Shown here one piece after another: positions 46,895-54,877 of a stretch of 64,000 bases of DNA. Source of the stretch: Parcubacteria group bacterium. Lineage in GTDB: Bacteria > Patescibacteriota > Minisyncoccia > Phycocordibacterales > Zambryskibacteraceae. The notes under the pieces were generated by a model. It saw only the letters and a program-made list of their open reading frames with translations. It did no database searches and was not told the DNA's origin. The position numbers and the translations under genes were made by a program. Where the stretch lies: positions 81,876-145,875 of the forward strand of contig JAQBRH010000002.1 in assembly GCA_028286565.1 (NCBI GenBank). The letters are read 5' to 3'. How positions within the stretch are numbered: the first letter of the stretch is position 1; each line of letters begins with the position of its first letter.

Positions 46895-48117
46895 TAGAGT
46901 GTGAATTGTCCGTTCTTGTAGATCACTTTGGTCTTTCCGTTCTTTAGATATGCGGTAACAGTTCGAGGCGAAGTTGAGAACATATCCGTATGGACCGATG
47001 AATCATTATACCCAAGTCTCTTCCATTCTGCCGATTTTACCTTAGAGGGATCGCCTTTGTAGCAATCCTTGTATGACATACCGAGGGCAACATGCGTGTT
47101 TCCATTCGGGCCTCCCATATTCTCGTCGTACATAGTGTCGGCCATGAATCGAGTGATCCGGGATAGGCGTCGATCAGTAAGAGAAAACTCTCCGAGCTTG
47201 TCTGCGTCTTTAGTTGCGATCATAGTTTTAAGCACATCTTCATTGTGTGTGGCCTTGGATCTCACCACCTTTCCATTCCGGAATTCAAGCTCTATGCCTT
47301 TAACGAGGTTCCCGTATCTATAAAGCGGCTGATTGAACTTGATGTATCCCTCAGTCCCTCGCCAATCAGGCGATGTAAAGACTTCAAAAGAAGGAATATT
47401 CGCACCTCCACCGGATTTCCAGCCTCGTTTCTCTCCGATTTGTACCCAAAGGTCAATGTCCGGAGCGACCACATGCACTTTCTCTATCTCAAGATCGTTC
47501 AACTTCTTCACAGTCCTTGCGAGTGTTGCTTCGATCTTTCTCCACTCCTTGATTGGATTTTCTTTATCGAGAAAGCACGCATTGATTATTTGCTGCCAGT
47601 ATTCCTTGAGAGACATGCCGGCTTCTTTGGCCATGGCTTCTGTCGCATAATTTGCAACGCTCCACGTCAGCTTTTTAGCTCGCTCTTTTTCAAAAAACCA
47701 TTTCTGATCGAGCTTCCACGCTTCGTTTCTCTGATGCATCTTCTTTGTATCAATTCCTTTGAGGGCGTGCATATCAGTCTTTGCATACAGCATCAAAGAG
47801 TGGTCAATGGTTTCTATTTGGCCCTTCGCGAGTTTTTTTGGAAAAAATGCAAGCTGTTCATTCGACGCAAGTTCATAAAATGTTCTTGTTGGCTTAAAGT
47901 CAGGAGCATCATCTAATCCGTATCGCTGGATGACATTTCCGCCCTTTTTCCAAACAGCTTTTAGAACTTCTATATATAGGAGGCGGGTGGATTCTGTGGC
48001 ATGAACAAGGACAGTATCTCCCTTTTTAATCCCCTTGCCGCCCCCAAGTGCAAAATTCACCAGCACGTCCGCGTAGCGTTCGAGGATCTTCTGAGAGGGA
48101 ATATAGGGTTTATTCAT
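46894..48117 (-). CDS. Aminopeptidase, M29 family (AmpS/PepS)
   Basis: NIPSFEVFTSP, LGEF, DEN, HVALG, NDSSVHTD. Confidence 0.92.
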   Translation of the reverse strand: MNKPYIPSQKILERYADVLVNFALGGGKGIKKGDTVLVHATESTRLLYIEVLKAVWKKGGNVIQRYGLDDAPDFKPTRTFYELASNEQLAFFPKKLAKGQIETIDHSLMLYAKTDMHALKGIDTKKMHQRNEAWKLDQKWFFEKERAKKLTWSVANYATEAMAKEAGMSLKEYWQQIINACFLDKENPIKEWRKIEATLARTVKKLNDLEIEKVHVVAPDIDLWVQIGEKRGWKSGGGANIPSFEVFTSPDWRGTEGYIKFNQPLYRYGNLVKGIELEFRNGKVVRSKATHNEDVLKTMIATKDADKLGEFSLTDRRLSRITRFMADTMYDENMGGPNGNTHVALGMSYKDCYKGDPSKVKSAEWKRLGYNDSSVHTDMFSTSPRTVTAYLKNGKTKVIYKNGQFTL

Positions 48118-48147
48118 ATGGGCACTATATCAATTTTAGATAGAAAT

Positions 48148-48172
48148 AAAAACTCCGCACGACATGTGCGGG
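48148..48172 (-). terminator. Intrinsic terminator of orphan 48174..48407
   Basis: Minus strand CCGCAC-ATGTC-GTGCGG-AGTTTTT. Confidence 0.65.
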
Positions 48173-48173
48173 G

Positions 48174-48407
48174 TTACCTGAGCTTATTCTGTATCACTGC
48201 TAGGTTGCCGGGTTCAGCGTCGAGAAGCGGTGTCTCCAGTTGGATATTTGGGATATCACTCGGCTTTTTGTTGAGCCGCTGGAGAAGCTTGATGACGAAC
48301 TCATCGAACTCGTTGATAACCGGCTGGGATCGGTTAGCGCGACGAGTCCTGCTGAACTCCTGCAACGTTCGGAAGGTGCTCTTCACATCTGCAAAGGTCT
48401 TGTTCAT
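48174..48407 (-). CDS. Small hypothetical protein (orphan cassette)
   Basis: TTGACT-17 nt-TAGCTT promoter overlapping the upstream stop, GAGG SD, terminator. Confidence 0.6.
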   Translation of the reverse strand: MNKTFADVKSTFRTLQEFSRTRRANRSQPVINEFDEFVIKLLQRLNKKPSDIPNIQLETPLLDAEPGNLAVIQNKLR

Positions 48408-48463
48408 GGGTCCTCTCTGAGGTTCGGTACTAAGGATTAAGCTAATCCTTTACCCAAAGGAAG

Positions 48464-49054
48464 TCAAATAAGGCTTTTGAGGATCTTGAAATCCGTTCGC
48501 AGTTCGTCCTTTGAGCCGGGATTATAGAGTGCCACAGCAGGGTGATAGAGAGGAACCACCTTCACTTTCTCTCCGCTGATCTCTGTCTCGAATACTTTGC
48601 CATGGAGGGCAGAGATGGGACTCGTCTCAAACGAAAGGCCGTACCGGTTCATGATGTATTGCATCGAAAAGCGCCCGAGGGTAGCGATCACTTTTGGCTT
48701 CATGATCTCAATTTGTCGGTCGAGGAAAGGGGCATAGAGTTCTATCTCCTCGGGTTTTGGATCGCGGTTCTTCGGCGGGCGATCCTTCACGATATTTGTG
48801 ATGTAGACATCCTCGCGCTTGATCCCCACTCCTTCGAGAAGTTCGTTCAAAAATTGCCCCGATCGTCCGACGAAGGGCCGGCCCGAGAGGGCCTCCTTTT
48901 CTCCGGGAGCTTCTCCGACGAACATAATTTTAGCCTCGTGGCTTCCTTCGCCGATCACCGGGAAATATTTCTCTTTGCGTCGAAGATCGGCGAGGTCTCC
49001 TTGAATATCAAGTACCTCGTCTTTTATCTTTTTAAGCTCGTCGGTGTTCGACAT
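48464..49054 (-). CDS. Uracil-DNA glycosylase family 4
   Basis: VGEAPGEKE, PFVG.SG, ITNIVK.RPP.NRDP, YHPA. Confidence 0.93.
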   Translation of the reverse strand: MSNTDELKKIKDEVLDIQGDLADLRRKEKYFPVIGEGSHEAKIMFVGEAPGEKEALSGRPFVGRSGQFLNELLEGVGIKREDVYITNIVKDRPPKNRDPKPEEIELYAPFLDRQIEIMKPKVIATLGRFSMQYIMNRYGLSFETSPISALHGKVFETEISGEKVKVVPLYHPAVALYNPGSKDELRTDFKILKSLI

Positions 49055-49061
49055 AGAGGTA

Positions 49062-49508
49062 TTACCTCTTCTGATCCGGTTTTTCTTCGAGGTGGAGCAT
49101 CATATGTTCGACGAACCAGAAGAAGGTGAAGACGATGAGCACAATGAGGGTAGCGAAGATGGCGAGCCATTCGAGGCCATAGCCGACGCTCACGCCGATG
49201 CCTGCGGCCACCCAGAGGCCGGCAGCAGTGGTAAGACCGGAGATCTGAGAATCCTTGAAGACGATCACCCCTCCGCAGAGGAAACCGATACCCATGACCA
49301 CTCCGGCGGCGATCCTCATCGGGTCGAAAGCGTATTGTCCGCCTGCGGGGATGACGATGCGGGAGATCAATATAAAGAGGCACGAACCCATAGACACGAG
49401 GCTGTAGGTACGCATGCCCGCAGTCTTGCCTGCGAAGGACCGCTCGATCCCGAGAGACGTCCCGAGGAGGAGCGCGATGATCAGATCAATAAAATAGATG
49501 GAGTACAT
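49062..49508 (-). CDS. MgtC/SapB family membrane protein
   Basis: GIER...AGMRT, DPMRIAA, GLTTAAGLW. Confidence 0.93.
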   Translation of the reverse strand: MYSIYFIDLIIALLLGTSLGIERSFAGKTAGMRTYSLVSMGSCLFILISRIVIPAGGQYAFDPMRIAAGVVMGIGFLCGGVIVFKDSQISGLTTAAGLWVAAGIGVSVGYGLEWLAIFATLIVLIVFTFFWFVEHMMLHLEEKPDQKR

Positions 49509-49509
49509 A

Positions 49510-50355
49510 TTAAAGTTCGTTTATTTCATTCATGACCGCCTCGACATCTACGTGAGACCCGAGGACCTCGGCCAGAATGTTCTGGTTATTTTTGATAGTG
49601 GTGCAGAGAACTACTCTTGATTTCATCAGCGCCGTTTTATCCGCTGACGAAAGCGAGGTGAGGCACGTGATCGGATGGAGGCTCGCTTCTTCGATCATGT
49701 CCTGCAGGTTTCCTTTTTCCGGATAGTTCCATCCAATCATAGTAAGGTTTTTGCATTCTCCATAGTGGATAGCTGTGGACGAGAACTTTGTATTGGTGAT
49801 GAGCCAGCCTTCATCCAGCGATCGATCTCTGCCTCCGTAGTTGAACATATTCTCCTTGAGGTCATCAAAACGCGCTTTGACATAGAGAGCGACCTTCACA
49901 TCGGACTTGCTTCCGAGCTCATTGTGGAACTTGGCTTCGCACATTATGAGCTTCTTCTCGTTCCAAGCGACAACGTCGACCTCGTGGGGCACGCATCCAC
50001 CGAGAACGGTTTGCCGCGTGAGCGTATCGAATCCTTTTGACTTCAATACTTCCGCCACAAAGTCCTCGAAGGGAAATCCGGACGGGCCAAGGTCCATCAC
50101 CGCCCGGCGCAGCGAATATCTCCGAGCCACCGGCTTCTCGGCGGCGTGGAGGAGGGAAAATGCGTGCTTGTAGATCTCGGACGTCGTCATCCCGTCATAG
50201 AGCTCGGGGAGAAGATGCAGGATCACCTCGTCGGTTTCGGCCCTTGATGCGCCGGAGCGAAGGAGCGAGGCGCGGAGCTTTTCTGTATCAAAGGCTTCAT
50301 GCTTGCCGTTCGCCTTCTCGATAGTGATCTGGGTGGTAGTGAGGTCCGGATTCAT
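49510..50355 (-). CDS. ATP-cone plus PD-(D/E)xK (Mrr-like) nuclease-domain protein
   Basis: IEKANGKHEAFD.EKL ATP cone; GFPFE, HEVDV, CEAKFH. Confidence 0.85.
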   Translation of the reverse strand: MNPDLTTTQITIEKANGKHEAFDTEKLRASLLRSGASRAETDEVILHLLPELYDGMTTSEIYKHAFSLLHAAEKPVARRYSLRRAVMDLGPSGFPFEDFVAEVLKSKGFDTLTRQTVLGGCVPHEVDVVAWNEKKLIMCEAKFHNELGSKSDVKVALYVKARFDDLKENMFNYGGRDRSLDEGWLITNTKFSSTAIHYGECKNLTMIGWNYPEKGNLQDMIEEASLHPITCLTSLSSADKTALMKSRVVLCTTIKNNQNILAEVLGSHVDVEAVMNEINEL

Positions 50356-50376
50356 TCAAAAGATTATACCTTAGAT

Positions 50377-51498
50377 CTATTTAACCGCATTAATGATGCC
50401 CCCTCCGATCATGATCGGGCCTTCGTAGAACACGATCGATTGGCCTGGCGAAACTCCGATGACCGGCTTTTCGAATTCGATCAAGAGTCTGCTCTTAGCA
50501 CTGTTTATGAGCACAGGTAGTTTCTCCCCTCTGTATCTGATCCGGGCGGTGGTCTTGGTCCCTTCGGGGCGCATTAACCAGTTCACATCCTTGGCGGTGA
50601 TGGCTTTTGGAGAAAGAGAGAGGATCTCTTGGGAGTTATTAGAAACCGTGATGGTGTTCTCGATCATGTCTTTTGAGACGACATACGAAGCCGAATCATG
50701 GGGGCTCTTTTTATCGATGGTAAATCCGTGCCTCTCGCCGATCGTATAATAGAGCGCTCCGGTGTGGATGCCGATCGCTTCGCCCTTGGTGTTCAAGACG
50801 TCCCCAGGCTTTGTCTCGATGAATTCACCGAGGAATTCTTCGAGAGTGATCTCCCCAATGAAGCAAATGCCCTGGCTGTCTTTCTTCGCCGCGACGGGGA
50901 TGGCAAATTTCTCCGCGAGCGAGCGCACCTCTTTTTTTTCGATATGGCCGACCGGGAAGAGCACATGTTCGAGATCCTTCTCGGTCAGGGTCCACAAAAA
51001 GTAGCTTTGATCCTTCTCCGCATCATTACCTTCCATGAGGAAAAAGCTGCCGTCCTTTTCCCTGACCTGCGCATAGTGGCCCGTGGCTATATAGTCTGCG
51101 CCCATCTCCTTGGCCTTCTTCCAAAAAGCTCCGAATTTCACTTCCCTATTGCACATCACATCCGGGTTTGGCGTGCGGCCCTTCCTGTATTCTTCGATCA
51201 TATAATCCGCAACGCCTTTCTTGTATTCCTTCTCAAAATCAAAAAAGAGGAACGGGATGCCGAGCTTCGCCGCCACCCGCATGGCGTCCCTTCGCTCCTC
51301 TCTCCAAGTGCAGGGCAGGAAGCTCGGCGACCAGACCTTGATGAAGACCCCGGTGACGTCGTATCCGGCCTGCTGCAAAAGCGCTGCAGAGACAGCGCTA
51401 TCCACTCCCCCGGAGAGGCCGACAAAGACCCGCTTGCCGGGCCTGTTTTTAGGATCCGTGTTACTTGAGATACTTGGCGATGTTCTTGTTGTGGTCAT
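50377..51498 (-). CDS. mnmA: tRNA 2-thiouridylase MnmA
   Basis: SGGVDS, TPNPDVMCN, ATGHYA, KDQSYFL, DSQGICF; start uncertain. Confidence 0.96.
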   Translation of the reverse strand: MTTTRTSPSISSNTDPKNRPGKRVFVGLSGGVDSAVSAALLQQAGYDVTGVFIKVWSPSFLPCTWREERRDAMRVAAKLGIPFLFFDFEKEYKKGVADYMIEEYRKGRTPNPDVMCNREVKFGAFWKKAKEMGADYIATGHYAQVREKDGSFFLMEGNDAEKDQSYFLWTLTEKDLEHVLFPVGHIEKKEVRSLAEKFAIPVAAKKDSQGICFIGEITLEEFLGEFIETKPGDVLNTKGEAIGIHTGALYYTIGERHGFTIDKKSPHDSASYVVSKDMIENTITVSNNSQEILSLSPKAITAKDVNWLMRPEGTKTTARIRYRGEKLPVLINSAKSRLLIEFEKPVIGVSPGQSIVFYEGPIMIGGGIINAVK

Positions 51499-52402
51499 CA
51501 AGAGTCCTAGCGTAATGCATCTTCCCTTCCTTGTCACTGATGTAATAGAGATACGGAGATGCTGTGGGGCGCAGAGCGGCTTCAATGGAGACAAGGCCCG
51601 GGTTGTTGATCGGATGATCCGGCAGGCCTTGATAGGTGTATGTTTCCTTCTTTGCGTCGACTTGGAGCGGCATATGAAGGCCGATGCGCTTCCACAGCAC
51701 TCCGGCGATCATGCTCATGTCAGCGGGAGACTTCCCCTCCGCTTCAAGGATAGAGGCCATGGTGAGGATCTCGTTCAGCGTATGGGGAGAAGCCGCGATC
51801 TCATCCCGCCATGGTTCGATCTTCTTTTCAAAATTATTGGCAAGGAGGGTGATGGTCGAGGACGCCATAGCGCTCACTTCAACAAAATATGTATCCGGGA
51901 ACAGATATCCTTCGCGGGCCGTATCCAGGAACTCCGCGTGGTCAAAGAGAGGAAATCGATCATCAAAGAGATTTGAGATCTCTGCATTCGTATATCCTTC
52001 GGGGATGGTCGTTCGAATGGTAGCAAGCCCTCGAGATCCGTGGACTATCCTCCAGGCGATCCGGATAGCGTTCTCTTTGTTCGGGAGGTAATAGTCCCCC
52101 GCCTGCAAAATATGCTCGCCTCCGAACAAGATAGCCGCGGTTCTGAATCCAAGTGGAGAACGGATCACGCCCTGTTTCTCCAAGAGCTGCGAGAGGGTTA
52201 GGAGGCCTGTACCTTGAGGGATGGTGATGATTTTTCTTGACGGGAAGTTCCTCGGGGTCGAGAAAAGAAAAAAATATCCGCCCAAGAGAAGGAGGCCTCC
52301 CAAGAGAACCGCCGGGTACCTCTTCTTTGGACCCTGGGGTCCGAAGATGGCCATCATGCGTTCCGCAAGTTGTTTTGAGTATGATAAATAAGGATTCTCC
52401 AT
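51461..52402 (-). CDS. mltG: Endolytic transglycosylase MltG
   Basis: TIPEG, EGYLFPDTY, ASILEAE, GLP..PINNPG. Confidence 0.93.
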   Translation of the reverse strand: MENPYLSYSKQLAERMMAIFGPQGPKKRYPAVLLGGLLLLGGYFFLFSTPRNFPSRKIITIPQGTGLLTLSQLLEKQGVIRSPLGFRTAAILFGGEHILQAGDYYLPNKENAIRIAWRIVHGSRGLATIRTTIPEGYTNAEISNLFDDRFPLFDHAEFLDTAREGYLFPDTYFVEVSAMASSTITLLANNFEKKIEPWRDEIAASPHTLNEILTMASILEAEGKSPADMSMIAGVLWKRIGLHMPLQVDAKKETYTYQGLPDHPINNPGLVSIEAALRPTASPYLYYISDKEGKMHYARTLDDHNKNIAKYLK

Positions 52403-53644
52403 TTATATAGGAAGGTTCGCGGGGGCTTCGGCTTTCTTCGAAGGAATGCGGGCGAGCGTAGGGGTGGCAGCGACGAGGGACGATGGGAAGTGCCACATGG
52501 TAGCCAGTTCCTCCGTCGTCAGTATAAACGGCTTGCCGTTAAAATTCTTAAACGGAGTATTGAAGAATGAGCGGCGCTTGTAGGCTTCGAGGATCTTTTT
52601 CTCATTTTCGAATTTTTTCCTGCCCTTGAAGTCCTGCCACGGATAATCATATCCGGTGTTCCAATCGGGCTTGAAGCCGTTCATGTTCGCCGAACCGAAT
52701 TGCTTGAAGCTTCCCAAGAGTCCGCCGATATTATTCGGATTAAAGGCGTCTTTCTCGGCGATGTAGGCGCCGCGGATCATGGTATCAAAAGGAGTCTTCG
52801 CCAGGGTCCGTTCGATAGCTTCGACCACATCCTGATTGGTTTTGCTCAGATCCTTTAAGAGCGGCTCCTTGCCTTCGGCCGGCTTCGGCGCATTTTTCTT
52901 TATAAAGTCTTTTATTTCTTTTTGGGCGGCGTCCTTCCAATCGGGCTTGGCGGTTATTCGGCCAAGCTTGAGGCCCTCCTTTGTATGTCCTTGGAGAAGG
53001 ATCTGGATCCAGGCCTGTTCGCCCTTTTTAAGCGAGCCGAGGAATTCGAGTACGGGGACGATCGGGTCCGTTTTGTATTCTTCTTCTTGATCCTTGTCCA
53101 AGCCGTAGTCGAGGTATGTCTTGATCGGATAGGCGTCCTTCTTGGTCAACGCGAACTGCCCGAACCATCCGAAATTCCACCTTGACGGATCATGATGAAC
53201 TCCGAGCGCATAGTCGGGCACTTCATGGACCTCGATGTTCGGGAACTGCGCATAGAGCTGGGTCTCGACCACGTTCTTGAACTTTGGATGGAGCCAGATA
53301 TAGAAATGCACGCCGCCGTCAATAGAAACAAGTTCAAGAGAGAACCACGGCCGAACGCGGCCCTTGAGGTAGACGTCGAGGAGCGACCCGACTCCCGTCT
53401 GGGAAAGGGTGTTCAAAAAGACTTCCATGGCGAGCGGCGATTTGACCATCTCGCGGGGAATGCGAATTTCGAGGAGCATGGCGCCTTGGCTCTTTATATA
53501 CTCCCTGCGCTTATACAAGAGCCATAATTCGAACCAGGTGAGGATGAACATGAGCGGGATCCAAATGGGAGCGAGCGTCTTCGCCGCATGCCACACGGTC
53601 TGGATCCACGGCGCGGTAAATAGAGATGCGAACTGTGAGAACAT
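52403..53644 (-). CDS. Conserved hypothetical membrane-anchored protein
   Basis: TM, LLEIRIPRE..KSP.AME, FSLEL, YPIKTY, EELATMWHFP, APANLP; ATG 53644 is 6 nt after TGcTACAAT. Confidence 0.8.
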   Translation of the reverse strand: MFSQFASLFTAPWIQTVWHAAKTLAPIWIPLMFILTWFELWLLYKRREYIKSQGAMLLEIRIPREMVKSPLAMEVFLNTLSQTGVGSLLDVYLKGRVRPWFSLELVSIDGGVHFYIWLHPKFKNVVETQLYAQFPNIEVHEVPDYALGVHHDPSRWNFGWFGQFALTKKDAYPIKTYLDYGLDKDQEEEYKTDPIVPVLEFLGSLKKGEQAWIQILLQGHTKEGLKLGRITAKPDWKDAAQKEIKDFIKKNAPKPAEGKEPLLKDLSKTNQDVVEAIERTLAKTPFDTMIRGAYIAEKDAFNPNNIGGLLGSFKQFGSANMNGFKPDWNTGYDYPWQDFKGRKKFENEKKILEAYKRRSFFNTPFKNFNGKPFILTTEELATMWHFPSSLVAATPTLARIPSKKAEAPANLPI

Positions 53645-53740
53645 GAAAATATTGTAGCAGAGATTAGAAAAAATCCGCCATGCTTTGGCGGATTTTCTTA
53701 GGCGTTCTCTGTTCCAGACACCGCCGTCGCTCGGAAACAG

Positions 53741-53749
53741 TGTGGATAA
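53741..53749 (-). promoter_or_regulatory. Perfect DnaA box in intergenic DNA
   Basis: TGTGGATAA = TTATCCACA on the minus strand. Confidence 0.5.
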
Positions 53750-53766
53750 ATCCCCACTTTTCCTCG

Positions 53767-54804
53767 CTAGGCGTTGTGGTATTTGCCTTCTTTGTCTTTC
53801 TTGAAATGCTTGGAGTTTTGGAGGTTGACCATGATGGTGTTTTCCTTGACGTATCGCTCCTTCAACACCTTTTCGATGATCTTGTCCTTGTGGAGAGGCC
53901 CTTCCTTGTCGATGATCTTCTTGATGACATCCTTGACTACGCCGGACATATATCCCCATTCGGCGAGCGCATAGAGTCCGCGGCCGACAAGGACGAATCG
54001 CGGATCCTTGATAAGTTCGTTGTGCGTAGTGGCGACGTGGGCTTTCTTGTCGAAATACTGGCCAATAGCCTTGGCTACTTCTTTAAAGTGGATCGGAGAA
54101 CCGTGCTTACGGATAACGAGGAAGGCGTAGTCTCGCATGCCTTTGGCGTTCACGTTCGGGCTTGAGGCCTTGCCCCATTCGCCGAGGGGGTTCTTGTCTA
54201 TCTTGTGAGAGATGGCGAGCCAGCGCTTGATAACCTCTTCGTTCTTGTACTTTTCATTGATATCCTTCACTTCATCGAGGAAGTTGTCTATAAGGTCGCC
54301 TTCGAGGACAAGCTCATCATCAGAAAGTTTGGAGTAGAGGCGCTTGATGGCGTTCTGGATCTTCTTCGCGAGCTCAGGATCAACATGCCATCGGTGCTTG
54401 AACTCCTCATCCTCTTTTTCTCGCTTGAACTCATCTCCGACTACTAAAATAAAATTCAAATGGTTCTGTGCGGCCGGATCCTTGGAGAGATGCTTCAAAA
54501 GATCCTTTTCGGCGACGATCCCTCCGAGAGAAAGGATGACTTCTTTTAATTCGGTAAAGATCGGCTGAGCGTCTTTGTACTCCTTGGACTTGCGAATAGT
54601 GATGAGCGAGTGGTTCTCGATCTGGCGAACGCGCTCGCGGGTGATCCCGTATTTTTTGCCGATGGCATCAAGGGTCATCTTGACCGATTTAGGGCCGAGA
54701 CCATAGCGGGATTCGATGACATCTTTGCCTCGTTTTGTGAGGACAGAAAGGAGGCCCTTGGTGACCTGTTTTGGCTTAAAGCTGAGATTGATCTTGTCGC
54801 TCAT
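53767..54804 (-). CDS. Sigma70 region-4 HTH plus HARE-HTH (RNAP delta-like) protein
   Basis: RYGL...TLDAIG..YGITRERVRQIE; HNELIKDPRFVLVGRGLYAL.EWG. Confidence 0.85.
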   Translation of the reverse strand: MSDKINLSFKPKQVTKGLLSVLTKRGKDVIESRYGLGPKSVKMTLDAIGKKYGITRERVRQIENHSLITIRKSKEYKDAQPIFTELKEVILSLGGIVAEKDLLKHLSKDPAAQNHLNFILVVGDEFKREKEDEEFKHRWHVDPELAKKIQNAIKRLYSKLSDDELVLEGDLIDNFLDEVKDINEKYKNEEVIKRWLAISHKIDKNPLGEWGKASSPNVNAKGMRDYAFLVIRKHGSPIHFKEVAKAIGQYFDKKAHVATTHNELIKDPRFVLVGRGLYALAEWGYMSGVVKDVIKKIIDKEGPLHKDKIIEKVLKERYVKENTIMVNLQNSKHFKKDKEGKYHNA

Positions 54805-54877
54805 GTGTTTTACTATCTCTTATTTGTATCACTTGACCAGAGTGGTGTCAATAGATGCGAGGTTTCTATGTATTTGA

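Noticed and set aside
53741-53749. Replication origin
   Set aside because: Single perfect DnaA box, no box cluster, no AT-rich unwinding element or dnaA nearby
53645-53959. 105-aa N-terminal extension of the 518-aa ORF
   Set aside because: Overlaps the sigma-r4 gene out of frame; a leaderless promoter points to ATG 53644
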